Below the pieces are notes generated by a model that saw only the letters and a program-made list of their open reading frames with translations, was not told the origin of the DNA and made no database searches. A stretch of DNA of 64,000 bases, taken from positions 32,001 to 96,000 of IMG/VR virus record IMGVR_UViG_3300016472_000940. One strand, written 5' to 3'. A program made the position numbers and the translations under genes. Origin of the DNA: a virus. Shown in pieces: positions 19,701 to 28,441 of this stretch. The first letter of the stretch is position 1, and every line of letters begins with the position of its first letter.

Positions 19701-20629
19701 ACATTTACAGGTAGTTTAAATGGACTTTCTGAGCCTTGTGTGGCGCTAGGTGTAGCAACAATAGTCAGACGATTTACGGAGTCATCAACAAAAGTATTGT
19801 TTGTAGCACTAAGCGAACCGTTACAATGTAGTAGCAACATTGTTGAATCCCAGTACGGGTCAGGAAATGACCCAGGCGTGGGATGGTAAGAGAAATCATA
19901 CCCTAAGGTATACGGGCTTGTAGTGTCACTATAATTTAAATAAAACCCATTAGTGCCATATGTACCGATATATTTTCTTGGTACCCAGACACCACTATAC
20001 GTATCAAAATAGCCAAAATTTGACGGATCAAGCGTTTGACCGTCTATATAATTGACTTCAGTAAGATATCCGTTGAGCGGGACATTATTACCTGTATCGG
20101 AAATGTAGTGTGGTCTAGACGGATCATTAAACGCGGTTTCTTCGCCGGTATTGGGATAGGTAGTGGTTGAAACATCTAAATCAGCCCGTACACCATTTAC
20201 ATAAAAAGCGACACGGTCAGAAGATAACGGTGCAGTATAATTTACAGCAACTATAAAATGATACCACGCGGTTGGATCGCGAAATGCACCAGTAGTCTGT
20301 GCTACTCTTCCCCACGCCCCTACTCGCCAATCCCAATATACTAGCCTTCCATCTTGTAGATAGATATAGCTGGCAGAGTTTACACCTGTACCTAGAGGAG
20401 CGGTATGAAAGAAAGCATTACTTGTAATTTGCGAATTAGATCTAAAATTAAGATTCTTATACCACCCGCTCCAAGTAAATTGTTTCCTCGACCCTTCGTG
20501 GTGTGGTGTTCTATAGAGATAACTAGCTTGTGTTGTAGGGTCTCTACTAAATCTTAAAGATTTAGATATTCTATAAAGATTAGGTTGCCCGCTACCGAGA
20601 AAACCTAGCGGTGAGACAGGAAAAGCCAT
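16709..20629 (-). CDS. large virion adhesin with LamG and SPRY domains (paralog of 10368-15800)
   Basis: 1306 aa; same domain order and C-terminal AFAESPFK.ARAR. Confidence 0.85.
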   Translation of the reverse strand: MAFPVSPLGFLGSGQPNLYRISKSLRFSRDPTTQASYLYRTPHHEGSRKQFTWSGWYKNLNFRSNSQITSNAFFHTAPLGTGVNSASYIYLQDGRLVYWDWRVGAWGRVAQTTGAFRDPTAWYHFIVAVNYTAPLSSDRVAFYVNGVRADLDVSTTTYPNTGEETAFNDPSRPHYISDTGNNVPLNGYLTEVNYIDGQTLDPSNFGYFDTYSGVWVPRKYIGTYGTNGFYLNYSDTTSPYTLGYDFSYHPTPGSFPDPYWDSTMLLLHCNGSLSATNNTFVDDSVNRLTIVATPSATQGSESPFKLPVNVSYSIDYGGSVYLADGEYLQLPSNNALNLGTGDWTIEFWIKVQDNKNLIGILNIDFDQFEFDRQDTGNGSQYFVSIRNNFAPGGDKSLTSIASASNVRGRWEHVALVKSGTTGVLYVNGINVTNGGSADFSNTDINVTNFSYTPWIGRHATNGGTLASYFMRGWLSNFRITKSAVYTGNFIPSPTPLPAITNTSLLLNFASGGVVDSTGTNTVNLQNGARINTFVKQYNTGSLALSSATIAGSYGAFAWVYPSPTLNLNDTDFTIECWFRTSSFSPASPIISSAKYYTVGANGNWIVRINSSTQIGFFSFDGQSTQLGADFTVSTMSPNTWYHLAVIRYNGNVRLYLNGVHSSTGATAVSRTLNDGGNNGIYIGRTNQTGTYAGFNGEVADIRISRIARYSTDSTSFTPPTTQLPDTGNYVYFGPSQGLSVSTSTNYGTSNDSCFDVPTPYTDVNPRGNYPVMSPFNANDNTYVDRCGLRSRGYGGNAWYGASTTVGVRSGKWYWEDINVNGSTYIITGVTRVTTTGLDNNAQWHPGYNEQGGSNKSFGYYASNGHIQYNNTSTPYGNTWTAAGDVISHALDLDNKKYFVAKNGVWQGSGDPVGGANPAPGATTILTTYNGDYFQPAAGYYGGAICHHNYGQRPFLYQIPIGYKALCYTNLPATIIRKPGDFFSNTHYVGTGSTRTVTTSGLSGIPVKTLGTTIPDLIWIKGIANTSHVLIDTTRGATVSLSAQSTAGQTAEPAGLQAFLPTGFIVGPHNTYNALNANYSSWSWRKNRAAGFDIAQITKTASSNQTFLHQLGQKPAMMIVKAMSPQTGQNWGIFHQYGTSDGIAGQGGYFTFGTAGYTADTSVWNNTAPTNTQFTLGTFWSAGEYVAYLFAEIPGFSRFGVYWSNNLTNGPFCFCGFKPAFLMYKRADAADTVGWLIFDPSISQNKYNPATYYLSPANSNALTFGGTVDITSNGFKLNYAGADGNVASGRYVFAAFAESPFKIARAR

Positions 20630-20632
20630 ATA

Positions 20633-23533
20633 TTACGGTACCCAGCTATAATTTTGTACAGATGTACCGTACATAAATCTCCCATCACTAATAAACGTGA
20701 AGATGTCCATAGCACTAGCACCCTGAGTAAGTGTGGGTGTTACACCATCGGGGAATCTATATAAAGAATCAAAGAATAGCTGTACATTACCAGATAATGT
20801 ACGTACCATAAGAATATATGTACCGCCTGCAATTTGATTTGTCGGGTTAGAAAGTAATGTATTGCCGCCAGCGGACAGGTATAAGTTTGCAATTTGATTG
20901 TCTCTTAAATTCCAATTTGCAGAGAAAGGATTAGTGTTTGTGTATAATAATCTGGCTTGCTGTATACCGTGAAACTTTGCATATACGGAAGGCACATCAC
21001 CTAATCTATCAGCTAGATCTTCACCACCGGAAAATATTTTATTTCTAGTCCAAATGTCGGTTGCAGAAACAGTTTGTACAGCACCAATATTAATTGCGGA
21101 TAATGTTCCTTGAACTTGAAGTTCATGTACGGGGTTATTTGTACCGATACCAACTTTAATATTATCCCCGACATATAAAGATGTACCAGATTCCTTATCA
21201 ATAAACTCAGCAATTGGTTGCGCACCCTGCTGTCTTACCACTAATGCAGGACCGGAGCCGGCATTAATTACAGACAGAGCACTAGTGGTAGTTAGGAAGG
21301 TATCTATTACGGTAGTCGAACCAAGCGCGGTTAAGTTACCATATATTGTTACATTACCAGTAGCGAAAATATCTACCGCATTTAAATTACGACCTGTAGT
21401 AATGTCTCTACCAGCAGTAATGCTACCACCGACTGCTAAGTCGTTTATAATACTAATATTAGAGTCTAATTTATCTGAAGTAACGGCTAAATTGGCTATC
21501 TTTGGTGTGGTAATTGATAGATTCGGTACAGTAAAAAATTGACTATAAAATTGTACAGTTCTGTAATTAATTTCAATAAGTGCAGCGGAAGGTGGTGCTT
21601 GTACAAAGGTTAAAGTATAGTTGTTTGGTACAATAGAATATGAATCTTTATTTTGATATACACCTGAAAAGTATACATCTAGATCGTGCGATGTTGCAAC
21701 AGCGCACACCAAATTATATTGTGTTGTAACTCCGTCGCCGGTGTATGTTTGTGGTTCAATCCGAACCATAACACCGCTTAATTTTCTATAGCTTATAGCA
21801 TTATCAGCAATAGAAGAATTAATAACTGAATTTGGTGCTGGTACAGAGAGTGTATATGGGAAGTACCGTAGGTATTGAACCTCTACAACTTTATTACCTT
21901 CTGGTGGAGGTGAACTTAATTCTAAGGTTTTTGGTGTGGTTAAAGAATAGGTATCTTTCCTTTGATATATACCTGATACAAAAACAACTAAATCATCCTT
22001 ACTGTAGACTGCGCTCGGTAGTTGAAAAGTTGTTTGACCGGGGCCAACATCAAAAGCTTGATTAAGAAGTACACCATCAACTAATACAAAATTACTTGCA
22101 GAAACTGTACCAACAACAGAAAGGTTACCATAAATTGTCCCGCCTGCGGAAGTAATGAATGCTCCTGTTCTAGTCTTCTCTATAGTTACTGCATAATTAG
22201 CTAATTTTTGGGTAGTTATAGAGTTATCAGAAACGATACCGATAGGTAGTGGGTTAGCCTTTACATACACCACTTCAATATTTTTATCTCCTACAGTATC
22301 CGGTACGGGTGGTGCTTCAACAAATGTAATTGAGCTCCCCGGGCCTGATGTAAAGTTATATGTTAGCTTGTCCTGGTAAATACCAGAGACATAAACCATA
22401 ATATCATTACCGCTAGAAATTTCTTGAGTAAGATAAAATGTTTGTTGACTACCTGTCCCGGTAAAGCTATCTACAGGAAAATTAGCAATATTTTGTATTT
22501 GACCATATATAAAATCAGCTGTAAGACCGCCCACCACAGATGCACCACCACTAACATAAATTCCTTTTGTAAAATCTACTGGTGCTTCAAATGTTGCGCT
22601 GCTTAGTAAAATATTGTTTGATGATAGATATTCAATGAGTGCTCTTACATTTAAACCAGGCTCTAATAATAAAAATTGAGCTATATCTCGCCCGCCACTT
22701 ATAATGTTACCATCTGTAAAGATATTTGAACGTGCACTTAAAGTTTGAACAATTACATTAATAGCTGATGATGTAACTGTAGTGAGTAAAAAGCTGCTTA
22801 TAGTATTTGTGTAGTTGTAAACAGAATTCCATAATGCGCTTGAACCATCAGGTGTTACAAAGGCACTATTATCACCAACGAACTTATTTGCGTAAATATT
22901 ATCACTTGCACTAATATCACCCAATACTGTAAATTCTTCATTTGGGTATATGTTAATACCGACACGACCTAGCCCATTAGGCCAAGCAGCATCCGTTATA
23001 CGCATAACCTCACGATTATTGTCTATGTCTTTAAATATCGCTATATCATAAGCGCCAAAAGAAGTTGCAACATACAATGCTGGTGAAATGCCTGCTGCAA
23101 TAACACTTAAAGAGGACACCGAGGTTTGTTGTGTTGTGAGAAAGCTTGCACTTAATGCCGAAAAAGTACCATTGACTGTAAAATTACCTTGAATGAGTAG
23201 GTTTCCATATAGATCTAAATCTCCGTACAATGCACCGCCTGATGCTTTAAAGTATAAAGCATTTGCTTGTGGTACTGTTATCCAGGAAGCACTGTTAATG
23301 TGAAGTGTTGTATATGTACTATCCCAGTTTTCTGTTCTTGCAAAAACTCTTTGACCGGCAGCGTTTGTTGTCAGTACGTATGTATCAAACGCCATTGGCG
23401 CTGGTATCGCAGGAACACCGAGGTTAGGCTCAGCATTCTGTAAATTTAAAAAAGAATAACGCAGAATATCTGCGCTGATCGGGGGTACAACCTTGACCCG
23501 TTCACTAAAGTAGGTCGGGCGAAGATTGCTCAT
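20633..23533 (-). CDS. virion structural/fibre protein
   Basis: 966 aa; three VSG.YQ modules, GINI/GIGT fibre motifs, TSALSVIN module. Confidence 0.75.
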   Translation of the reverse strand: MSNLRPTYFSERVKVVPPISADILRYSFLNLQNAEPNLGVPAIPAPMAFDTYVLTTNAAGQRVFARTENWDSTYTTLHINSASWITVPQANALYFKASGGALYGDLDLYGNLLIQGNFTVNGTFSALSASFLTTQQTSVSSLSVIAAGISPALYVATSFGAYDIAIFKDIDNNREVMRITDAAWPNGLGRVGINIYPNEEFTVLGDISASDNIYANKFVGDNSAFVTPDGSSALWNSVYNYTNTISSFLLTTVTSSAINVIVQTLSARSNIFTDGNIISGGRDIAQFLLLEPGLNVRALIEYLSSNNILLSSATFEAPVDFTKGIYVSGGASVVGGLTADFIYGQIQNIANFPVDSFTGTGSQQTFYLTQEISSGNDIMVYVSGIYQDKLTYNFTSGPGSSITFVEAPPVPDTVGDKNIEVVYVKANPLPIGIVSDNSITTQKLANYAVTIEKTRTGAFITSAGGTIYGNLSVVGTVSASNFVLVDGVLLNQAFDVGPGQTTFQLPSAVYSKDDLVVFVSGIYQRKDTYSLTTPKTLELSSPPPEGNKVVEVQYLRYFPYTLSVPAPNSVINSSIADNAISYRKLSGVMVRIEPQTYTGDGVTTQYNLVCAVATSHDLDVYFSGVYQNKDSYSIVPNNYTLTFVQAPPSAALIEINYRTVQFYSQFFTVPNLSITTPKIANLAVTSDKLDSNISIINDLAVGGSITAGRDITTGRNLNAVDIFATGNVTIYGNLTALGSTTVIDTFLTTTSALSVINAGSGPALVVRQQGAQPIAEFIDKESGTSLYVGDNIKVGIGTNNPVHELQVQGTLSAINIGAVQTVSATDIWTRNKIFSGGEDLADRLGDVPSVYAKFHGIQQARLLYTNTNPFSANWNLRDNQIANLYLSAGGNTLLSNPTNQIAGGTYILMVRTLSGNVQLFFDSLYRFPDGVTPTLTQGASAMDIFTFISDGRFMYGTSVQNYSWVP

Positions 23534-23886
23534 TACGCTGGGGTGTTAATAGTTTCTAATATTGAAAGGGTTGCATGCATGCTTTTGTTAGCACCGCTCC
23601 AAACAAGTAGCTTATCACCTTCGGTTAATACTATTTTACCCATAGCAATATTAGCTGCATCATACGCAGGAACGGTGAATCCACTTATTAAGAATGTAGT
23701 TGTACCAAATGCTGCACTAGAGAGCTGTACTGTAACAGTTTGATTTTCATGTGTAATATTGGCAATTTGTGTGGCTAATATAATTGCAGCACGCGAAAAC
23801 GGTGCAGTGTAAGTACTTATAGATGGATCATACGTAGACAACGGCAACGTTACATTTTTAAATAGATTAAGAGGTACTGTAGCCAT
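23533..23886 (-). CDS. small virion structural protein
   Basis: PLNLFK...QIANIT...KIVLTEGD...SILET, typical of T4-like cyanophage-type structural genes; late promoter. Confidence 0.7.
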   Translation of the reverse strand: MATVPLNLFKNVTLPLSTYDPSISTYTAPFSRAAIILATQIANITHENQTVTVQLSSAAFGTTTFLISGFTVPAYDAANIAMGKIVLTEGDKLLVWSGANKSMHATLSILETINTPA

Positions 23887-23896
23887 AATATTTTAT

Positions 23897-25327
23897 TTAT
23901 TCGATTGAGAGTACAAATGGGGTGACCAGAGAAAATATAGATCTTTGGAAAGTACGTCCTTCTATCGTACCAGTAGCTTGTTTTATTGTAAAATCACTGC
24001 CAACTCTAAAATCACCGCTTTCATTTGTTGCGGTAAAGAACACTACACCGTTGTCGTCAAAAACAGCTTCATTTTCACGAATTGTTTGACCGCCTAATGT
24101 TGGAAGGGACCGTGAAAGAGTGGTCCCTGAACCTACATATTCAAACGTTATAGCACTAGCTAAAATATTACTGCGTATATAAAAGTCTACTTTACTCCCT
24201 GCTGGTATAATGCTGTTAAATGTCGTTGGCTCCTCAATAACAAGCGTAAATGTCTCACTACCGAGTTGACCGGCCGAAGCCAGTACATAAAAAGTTGAGG
24301 GGTCAGTTTCAAATGAACATATTAAATTTTGCCCTGGTGTCGAAGCAAGTGCAGTTGGTGTTACACCGTTTACAATAACTTGATTTTGCCCTGGTGAAAT
24401 TTGATTAGTTGTGGCACCTGAAAGAATTGGATAAGGTGATTTTCCATATGCAGCTAGACCGTAATTACCAAATGAGCAGTTAGAAGTATTAATGTCACAC
24501 CCACCGCCTGCGCTAACTAGAACACCATATGTACAGGCAATAGTAAAGGTACTAACTAGCTGTGCATAACCATTATTAATAATATTAATACCTATGCCAC
24601 CTTCGTTAAATTGTGTGTATGAATCCATGACCATACTTCTCAAATACCCTCTTACTAATTTTCCGTCTATTCTCATACCGCAGCCTGCGTTATCTGCACC
24701 AGGTGTTGTTGATTGGGTAATAGAACTACAACCTTGTATATATGGACTGGTTGTAATAAAAGGTTTTAAAGCAGGTTTTTGAGCAGAAAGCCCAGGATAA
24801 TTAAAGGCAATTTGATATGGATCAATGGGTATTTGATTTGTGTCTATATTTGGAAAAGCCACCGCAGCAGAGGGGGCTAAATGATTTCTAAAAGTGAACC
24901 CCCAGACATAAGTTGCGTTTGATACCCAGAGTATATCATAATATCTATTTGCCGGGTATATATTAGTTCGTCTCAAATTGTCACCAATTAAGGTTGTATT
25001 AGGCGGGACATAAATAGGATTTTGCTCAATATAATTTCCTGACCTTACAAAGATGGTATAATTTCTACCTGGGTTAAATGAGGCAAACGAACAAGCTTTT
25101 TTAATAGTTTTAAATGGTTCGTCTTCACCAATACCTCTAAAATTGGTATCACTACCGCTTGTCGTAACATATAAAACGTTTGGTGTTGTTGTTAAACCAC
25201 CAGTAATAATTTTTGAGAGTGTATAGAAATTTACTTTAAATTCACCTTGCAGAGGTCTAAAACCGACAATATAGTCGGATGCAATAGGAGAAATTTCACT
25301 AAAATCCGCAAACGAACGATAAGGCAT
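23897..25327 (-). CDS. virion protein with pectin-lyase-like beta-helix
   Basis: VLYVTTSGSD..PFKTIKKA, GDNLR, SPYIQGCS, GMRIDG, SMVMDSYTQFN.GGIG motifs. Confidence 0.75.
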   Translation of the reverse strand: MPYRSFADFSEISPIASDYIVGFRPLQGEFKVNFYTLSKIITGGLTTTPNVLYVTTSGSDTNFRGIGEDEPFKTIKKACSFASFNPGRNYTIFVRSGNYIEQNPIYVPPNTTLIGDNLRRTNIYPANRYYDILWVSNATYVWGFTFRNHLAPSAAVAFPNIDTNQIPIDPYQIAFNYPGLSAQKPALKPFITTSPYIQGCSSITQSTTPGADNAGCGMRIDGKLVRGYLRSMVMDSYTQFNEGGIGINIINNGYAQLVSTFTIACTYGVLVSAGGGCDINTSNCSFGNYGLAAYGKSPYPILSGATTNQISPGQNQVIVNGVTPTALASTPGQNLICSFETDPSTFYVLASAGQLGSETFTLVIEEPTTFNSIIPAGSKVDFYIRSNILASAITFEYVGSGTTLSRSLPTLGGQTIRENEAVFDDNGVVFFTATNESGDFRVGSDFTIKQATGTIEGRTFQRSIFSLVTPFVLSIE

Positions 25328-25366
25328 AGAATTATTTAGTTCTATGTCGCTGTAATTAGATGCTAA

Positions 25367-25540
25367 TTAACTGTTATTTTCAGTATTTTGCGAATCAACA
25401 GAGACAACATCAACACGGCTAAATACTTTGTCTCCACTGATTAACGTAACCGGGACAAGTGCGGCTTTGTTTTGCTGCAAAATTTCCTCGATTTGCTTCT
25501 TTACTTCAAGAAGCTTGATATCTTTTTCGCTTGTTGACAT
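25367..25540 (-). CDS. hypothetical protein (57 aa)
   Basis: MSTSEKDIKLLEVKKQIEEILQQNKAALVPVT...; fills an intergenic gap. Confidence 0.6.
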   Translation of the reverse strand: MSTSEKDIKLLEVKKQIEEILQQNKAALVPVTLISGDKVFSRVDVVSVDSQNTENNS

Positions 25541-25570
25541 ATAAGAGATTTATATTTTTTATTACTATAA

Positions 25571-25939
25571 TCAACTATATGCTGAAACTATTTCTATATA
25601 AGTAAACCGTTTTCCGCTCGAAGCTAATCTATAACCAGCTTCGTTTGCATATATTATGTCAATTTTTTGCGGTGAGGAAAAAGAACTTAATTCAAAGTGC
25701 AGTGTATTGTTTGTATTAACGGTAAATTCCTTTACTGGGTAAGCGCTAAAAGGAGGATTGCCTGCACTTACACTTTGAATAAGAGAGTAAAAATCACAAT
25801 ATTGTTGGCTGCCGTCAAATTTATTTGAGCTTAAATACAATCCATTGCCTGTAGAAAAACTAAACATATCACCTTCAAGTACAATTATTTTACCAGGTGT
25901 GTTAGTTTTTATTCGAAAAGATGGTTGTTTTTTGCTCAT
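25571..25939 (-). CDS. hypothetical protein, probably structural
   Basis: ATGA-coupled to gp15-like gene. Confidence 0.65.
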   Translation of the reverse strand: MSKKQPSFRIKTNTPGKIIVLEGDMFSFSTGNGLYLSSNKFDGSQQYCDFYSLIQSVSAGNPPFSAYPVKEFTVNTNNTLHFELSSFSSPQKIDIIYANEAGYRLASSGKRFTYIEIVSAYS

Positions 25940-26754
25940 ATTTCGGTAAACAATTGTACCCCGGTTATAATTGGTCGTCCGGAAACAGAGAATGTATCGG
26001 TATTATAAAAAGATGATAAAGCAGCAGAATCTGCTGTCACAACTTGTGATTTAAGTACATTATAATTACCGAACTGTAAGCTTGTACCACCACTTACTGC
26101 GGTCATGCTTACATCAATACGGAAAATATTATTAATTGGATTTTGTGGATCGGGAAATAACCACCCTTTAATTGTAAATTTTGTATTTGCTACTATCTGG
26201 GCTTTCTGATTGCCATTCATGTCTTGCGGATACTCTAAATCGATATTACCGCTCCATAAAACTTCTGTACGTATTTCTTGTGTATAAGGCAGATTGAAAT
26301 CTTTTGGAACTGTCCAGCTCAATACTATATAAGGATTATTAAATGGTACAAAATTTGATAAGATTTGATCCATATCGGATTGATACCTGGCAATAACACT
26401 CATATTGACACCTATGTTTACTGGAACAGGTGTCTTATAATGAAAAGTCTTGCTTGAGGGAGACCGATCCTCAACAGAACCGTAAGCAAAAAAACCGGCA
26501 TTCTTATTAAAGACTCTATTATTATCGCGCGAGATATCAGAGATGGTAATACTGACTACAGGTAGAGTAATATTCTGCGCAGCATTAACGAGATCAAATA
26601 ATACCCTTTGTTTGGGTGCATAAATGTAGCGAACTTGCTGTGTGGCTTCAGCTACTCTGTTTCTATTATATCGCTTTATAACTACATTGTCAAAAGCAGC
26701 CAGAAACTGTAGTATGAGGTCTTTGACCTCAAAGTAATAGGTATACGCTCTCAC
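25936..26754 (-). CDS. tail sheath stabiliser / tail terminator (T4 gp15-like)
   Basis: YAPKQR, TLPVVS, PVPVNI..MS...DMDQILSNF.PF.NP motifs; late promoter at 26762-26767. Confidence 0.85.
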   Translation of the reverse strand: MRAYTYYFEVKDLILQFLAAFDNVVIKRYNRNRVAEATQQVRYIYAPKQRVLFDLVNAAQNITLPVVSITISDISRDNNRVFNKNAGFFAYGSVEDRSPSSKTFHYKTPVPVNIGVNMSVIARYQSDMDQILSNFVPFNNPYIVLSWTVPKDFNLPYTQEIRTEVLWSGNIDLEYPQDMNGNQKAQIVANTKFTIKGWLFPDPQNPINNIFRIDVSMTAVSGGTSLQFGNYNVLKSQVVTADSAALSSFYNTDTFSVSGRPIITGVQLFTEI

Positions 26755-26789
26755 GGTTTATTATTTATGAATAAACCTTTATCGTAAAA

Positions 26790-26993
26790 TTAATAATACT
26801 TCCACTTTTGTGCAGATATCTGCTTTGATAACTTCCGTCTAACCGAAGGTTTCATATAGTTACGTAATAGCCTTAATTCATCTATTATACCACACCTCTT
26901 TACTGCATTTGAGAATTGTTTTAATTTTTTGTCGAAATATAGCTTGTTTGAGGCTTTTTTTGTATCAAGCTTTACTTCACAGTTAATTTGCAT
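26790..26993 (-). CDS. rpsU: phage-encoded ribosomal protein bS21
   Basis: FDKKLKQFSNAVKRCGIIDELRLLRNYMKPSVRRK matches the bS21 pattern (L..F...V.+.G...E.R....Y.KPS..R+); ATG at 26993. Confidence 0.75.
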   Translation of the reverse strand: MQINCEVKLDTKKASNKLYFDKKLKQFSNAVKRCGIIDELRLLRNYMKPSVRRKLSKQISAQKWKYY

Positions 26994-27013
26994 AATGTAT
27001 TTACTATTAAAAA

Positions 27014-27355
27014 TCAATTTTCTACTATAGTTATTTCTGCTTGGCAATTATGAAATTTACCAGTTTTTTTCGGTATGAGCAACTTTGCATAGTTACGAAT
27101 ATCGCTTACATTGTGACAGAATGTTTCTAAAGTATAGTCTAATATAATTTTATTGTCTCTGATTAAAAATGCGTATGGATAAGGTATTTCAAATATTTTT
27201 TTTGTTTGTTGTATATGTAATGTAAAAACAAGATAAAAATCCTTTATACAAAATAGAACCAACTTACCGGCTTTAATAGTTTTACCATTTACAGTAAAGT
27301 AAACCTTTTGCTGCAAAAATTGATTAATAGCTTTTTCTATTTTTTCTGCAATCAT
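27014..27355 (-). CDS. hypothetical protein
   Basis: ORF coupled in operon. Confidence 0.7.
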   Translation of the reverse strand: MIAEKIEKAINQFLQQKVYFTVNGKTIKAGKLVLFCIKDFYLVFTLHIQQTKKIFEIPYPYAFLIRDNKIILDYTLETFCHNVSDIRNYAKLLIPKKTGKFHNCQAEITIVEN

Positions 27356-27726
27356 GAGTCCATATACATCATTTTTTGAGATGTGTTTAGTTTCATTAAA
27401 TTTTTCTTAAAATATTCCCAAAAAGAAGCAGCAGGCACTGTTGTGATTAGGTCACAGCTATCACAATTTACACACCTATAATCTTGCATAAAAATATCCC
27501 ACACAATAATAAGATTTTTTTGCATGGGATTATATCGAGGACTTTTTGATGCAGGTTTATAGTTTAAGGTTATCCTACCATCAACTGTATTTAAAATACT
27601 ATTTGCTGTAGTACAGAGCATCCTACGGTACGGTGGTCTCCCCGCTTTAGGTCTCCGGCGGAGAAACTTTATCTCACACGCGCTGTTTTGTAGAACGGCT
27701 CTTAGGTTTGTTATCGATACTAACAT
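27352..27726 (-). CDS. SH3/WYL-like (DUF2693-like) phage protein
   Basis: CEIKF.....R.MLCT...IVWDI..QDYR pattern. Confidence 0.55.
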   Translation of the reverse strand: MLVSITNLRAVLQNSACEIKFLRRRPKAGRPPYRRMLCTTANSILNTVDGRITLNYKPASKSPRYNPMQKNLIIVWDIFMQDYRCVNCDSCDLITTVPAASFWEYFKKNLMKLNTSQKMMYMDS

Positions 27727-28141
27727 TGTTAATTTCTTCTTTGCGGGGCTGCACTACACCAAAGATTCTTTGTTCATTTAAAAAGATTCCATGCTTTACA
27801 GGTCCATGATTAACTACCTCTATGTTAGCAATTGGTACCCCCATATTATTTGGGAAGCACACATGGTCACCCACCTTAACTAAGCGACAACTGGCACCAC
27901 AGAGAATCACCTTACCGATGCGCCAGGCATTAGTCTCCGCATTCACAGGAACTAATATACCATTTCTTACGATAGTATTATTGCTTCCACCTTCATCAAC
28001 AAATTCAACCAATAGAATATCATCTAAAAGATGAGATAGATCATATCCCACAAAAACACTATTCAAGGAATTGCGTGAATGCGAGCTTAGATCGATTAAA
28101 CTTTTTTGTGTCGGTAGTTGATCTACACTTGGCTTACTCAT
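27674..28141 (-). CDS. GroES-like co-chaperonin
   Basis: LDDILLVE...NGILVP...GKVILCG...VKVGDHVCF...LNEQRIFGVV. Confidence 0.8.
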   Translation of the reverse strand: MSKPSVDQLPTQKSLIDLSSHSRNSLNSVFVGYDLSHLLDDILLVEFVDEGGSNNTIVRNGILVPVNAETNAWRIGKVILCGASCRLVKVGDHVCFPNNMGVPIANIEVVNHGPVKHGIFLNEQRIFGVVQPRKEEINNVSIDNKPKSRSTKQRV

Positions 28142-28171
28142 ACAAGCACTTATCACATAAGCGCTTGGAAA

Positions 28172-28441
28172 TCAAGTTTTTGTAGGTTTCTTAATATAGT
28201 TAATTTTTTGTCTTTTATATCTAGGTAATATTTCTGTCAATAGTTTATATTGCTCTTGGTTTGTAAAGACGTGACCGAACCGATTGACCGTGTCGTTAAC
28301 AATTTTTGCCGCGGAGGGATCTAACATAGAAATCCAGCGATTGACAATAAAGGGTGAATATTCTTTTTCTTTTTCAACATTGTCAAGTATATCTTTTTTC
28401 TTAGAAAAACAAATACCGTCTAATATATCAAATATATTCAA
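28172..28441 (-). CDS. clamp loader small subunit (T4 gp62-like)
   Basis: F.IL..I...K...YSPFIVNRWISM...QY..L. Confidence 0.7.
   Translation of the reverse strand: MNIFDILDGICFSKKKDILDNVEKEKEYSPFIVNRWISMLDPSAAKIVNDTVNRFGHVFTNQEQYKLLTEILPRYKRQKINYIKKPTKT

Noticed and set aside
10368-20629. Diversity-generating retroelement acting on adhesin C-termini
   Set aside because: No reverse transcriptase and no near-identical nucleotide repeat pair differing at adenines seen in this window.
3720-24782. Many 60-110 aa antisense or alternate-frame ORFs inside the fibre genes
   Set aside because: Shadows of long, well-supported genes; no motifs or promoters.
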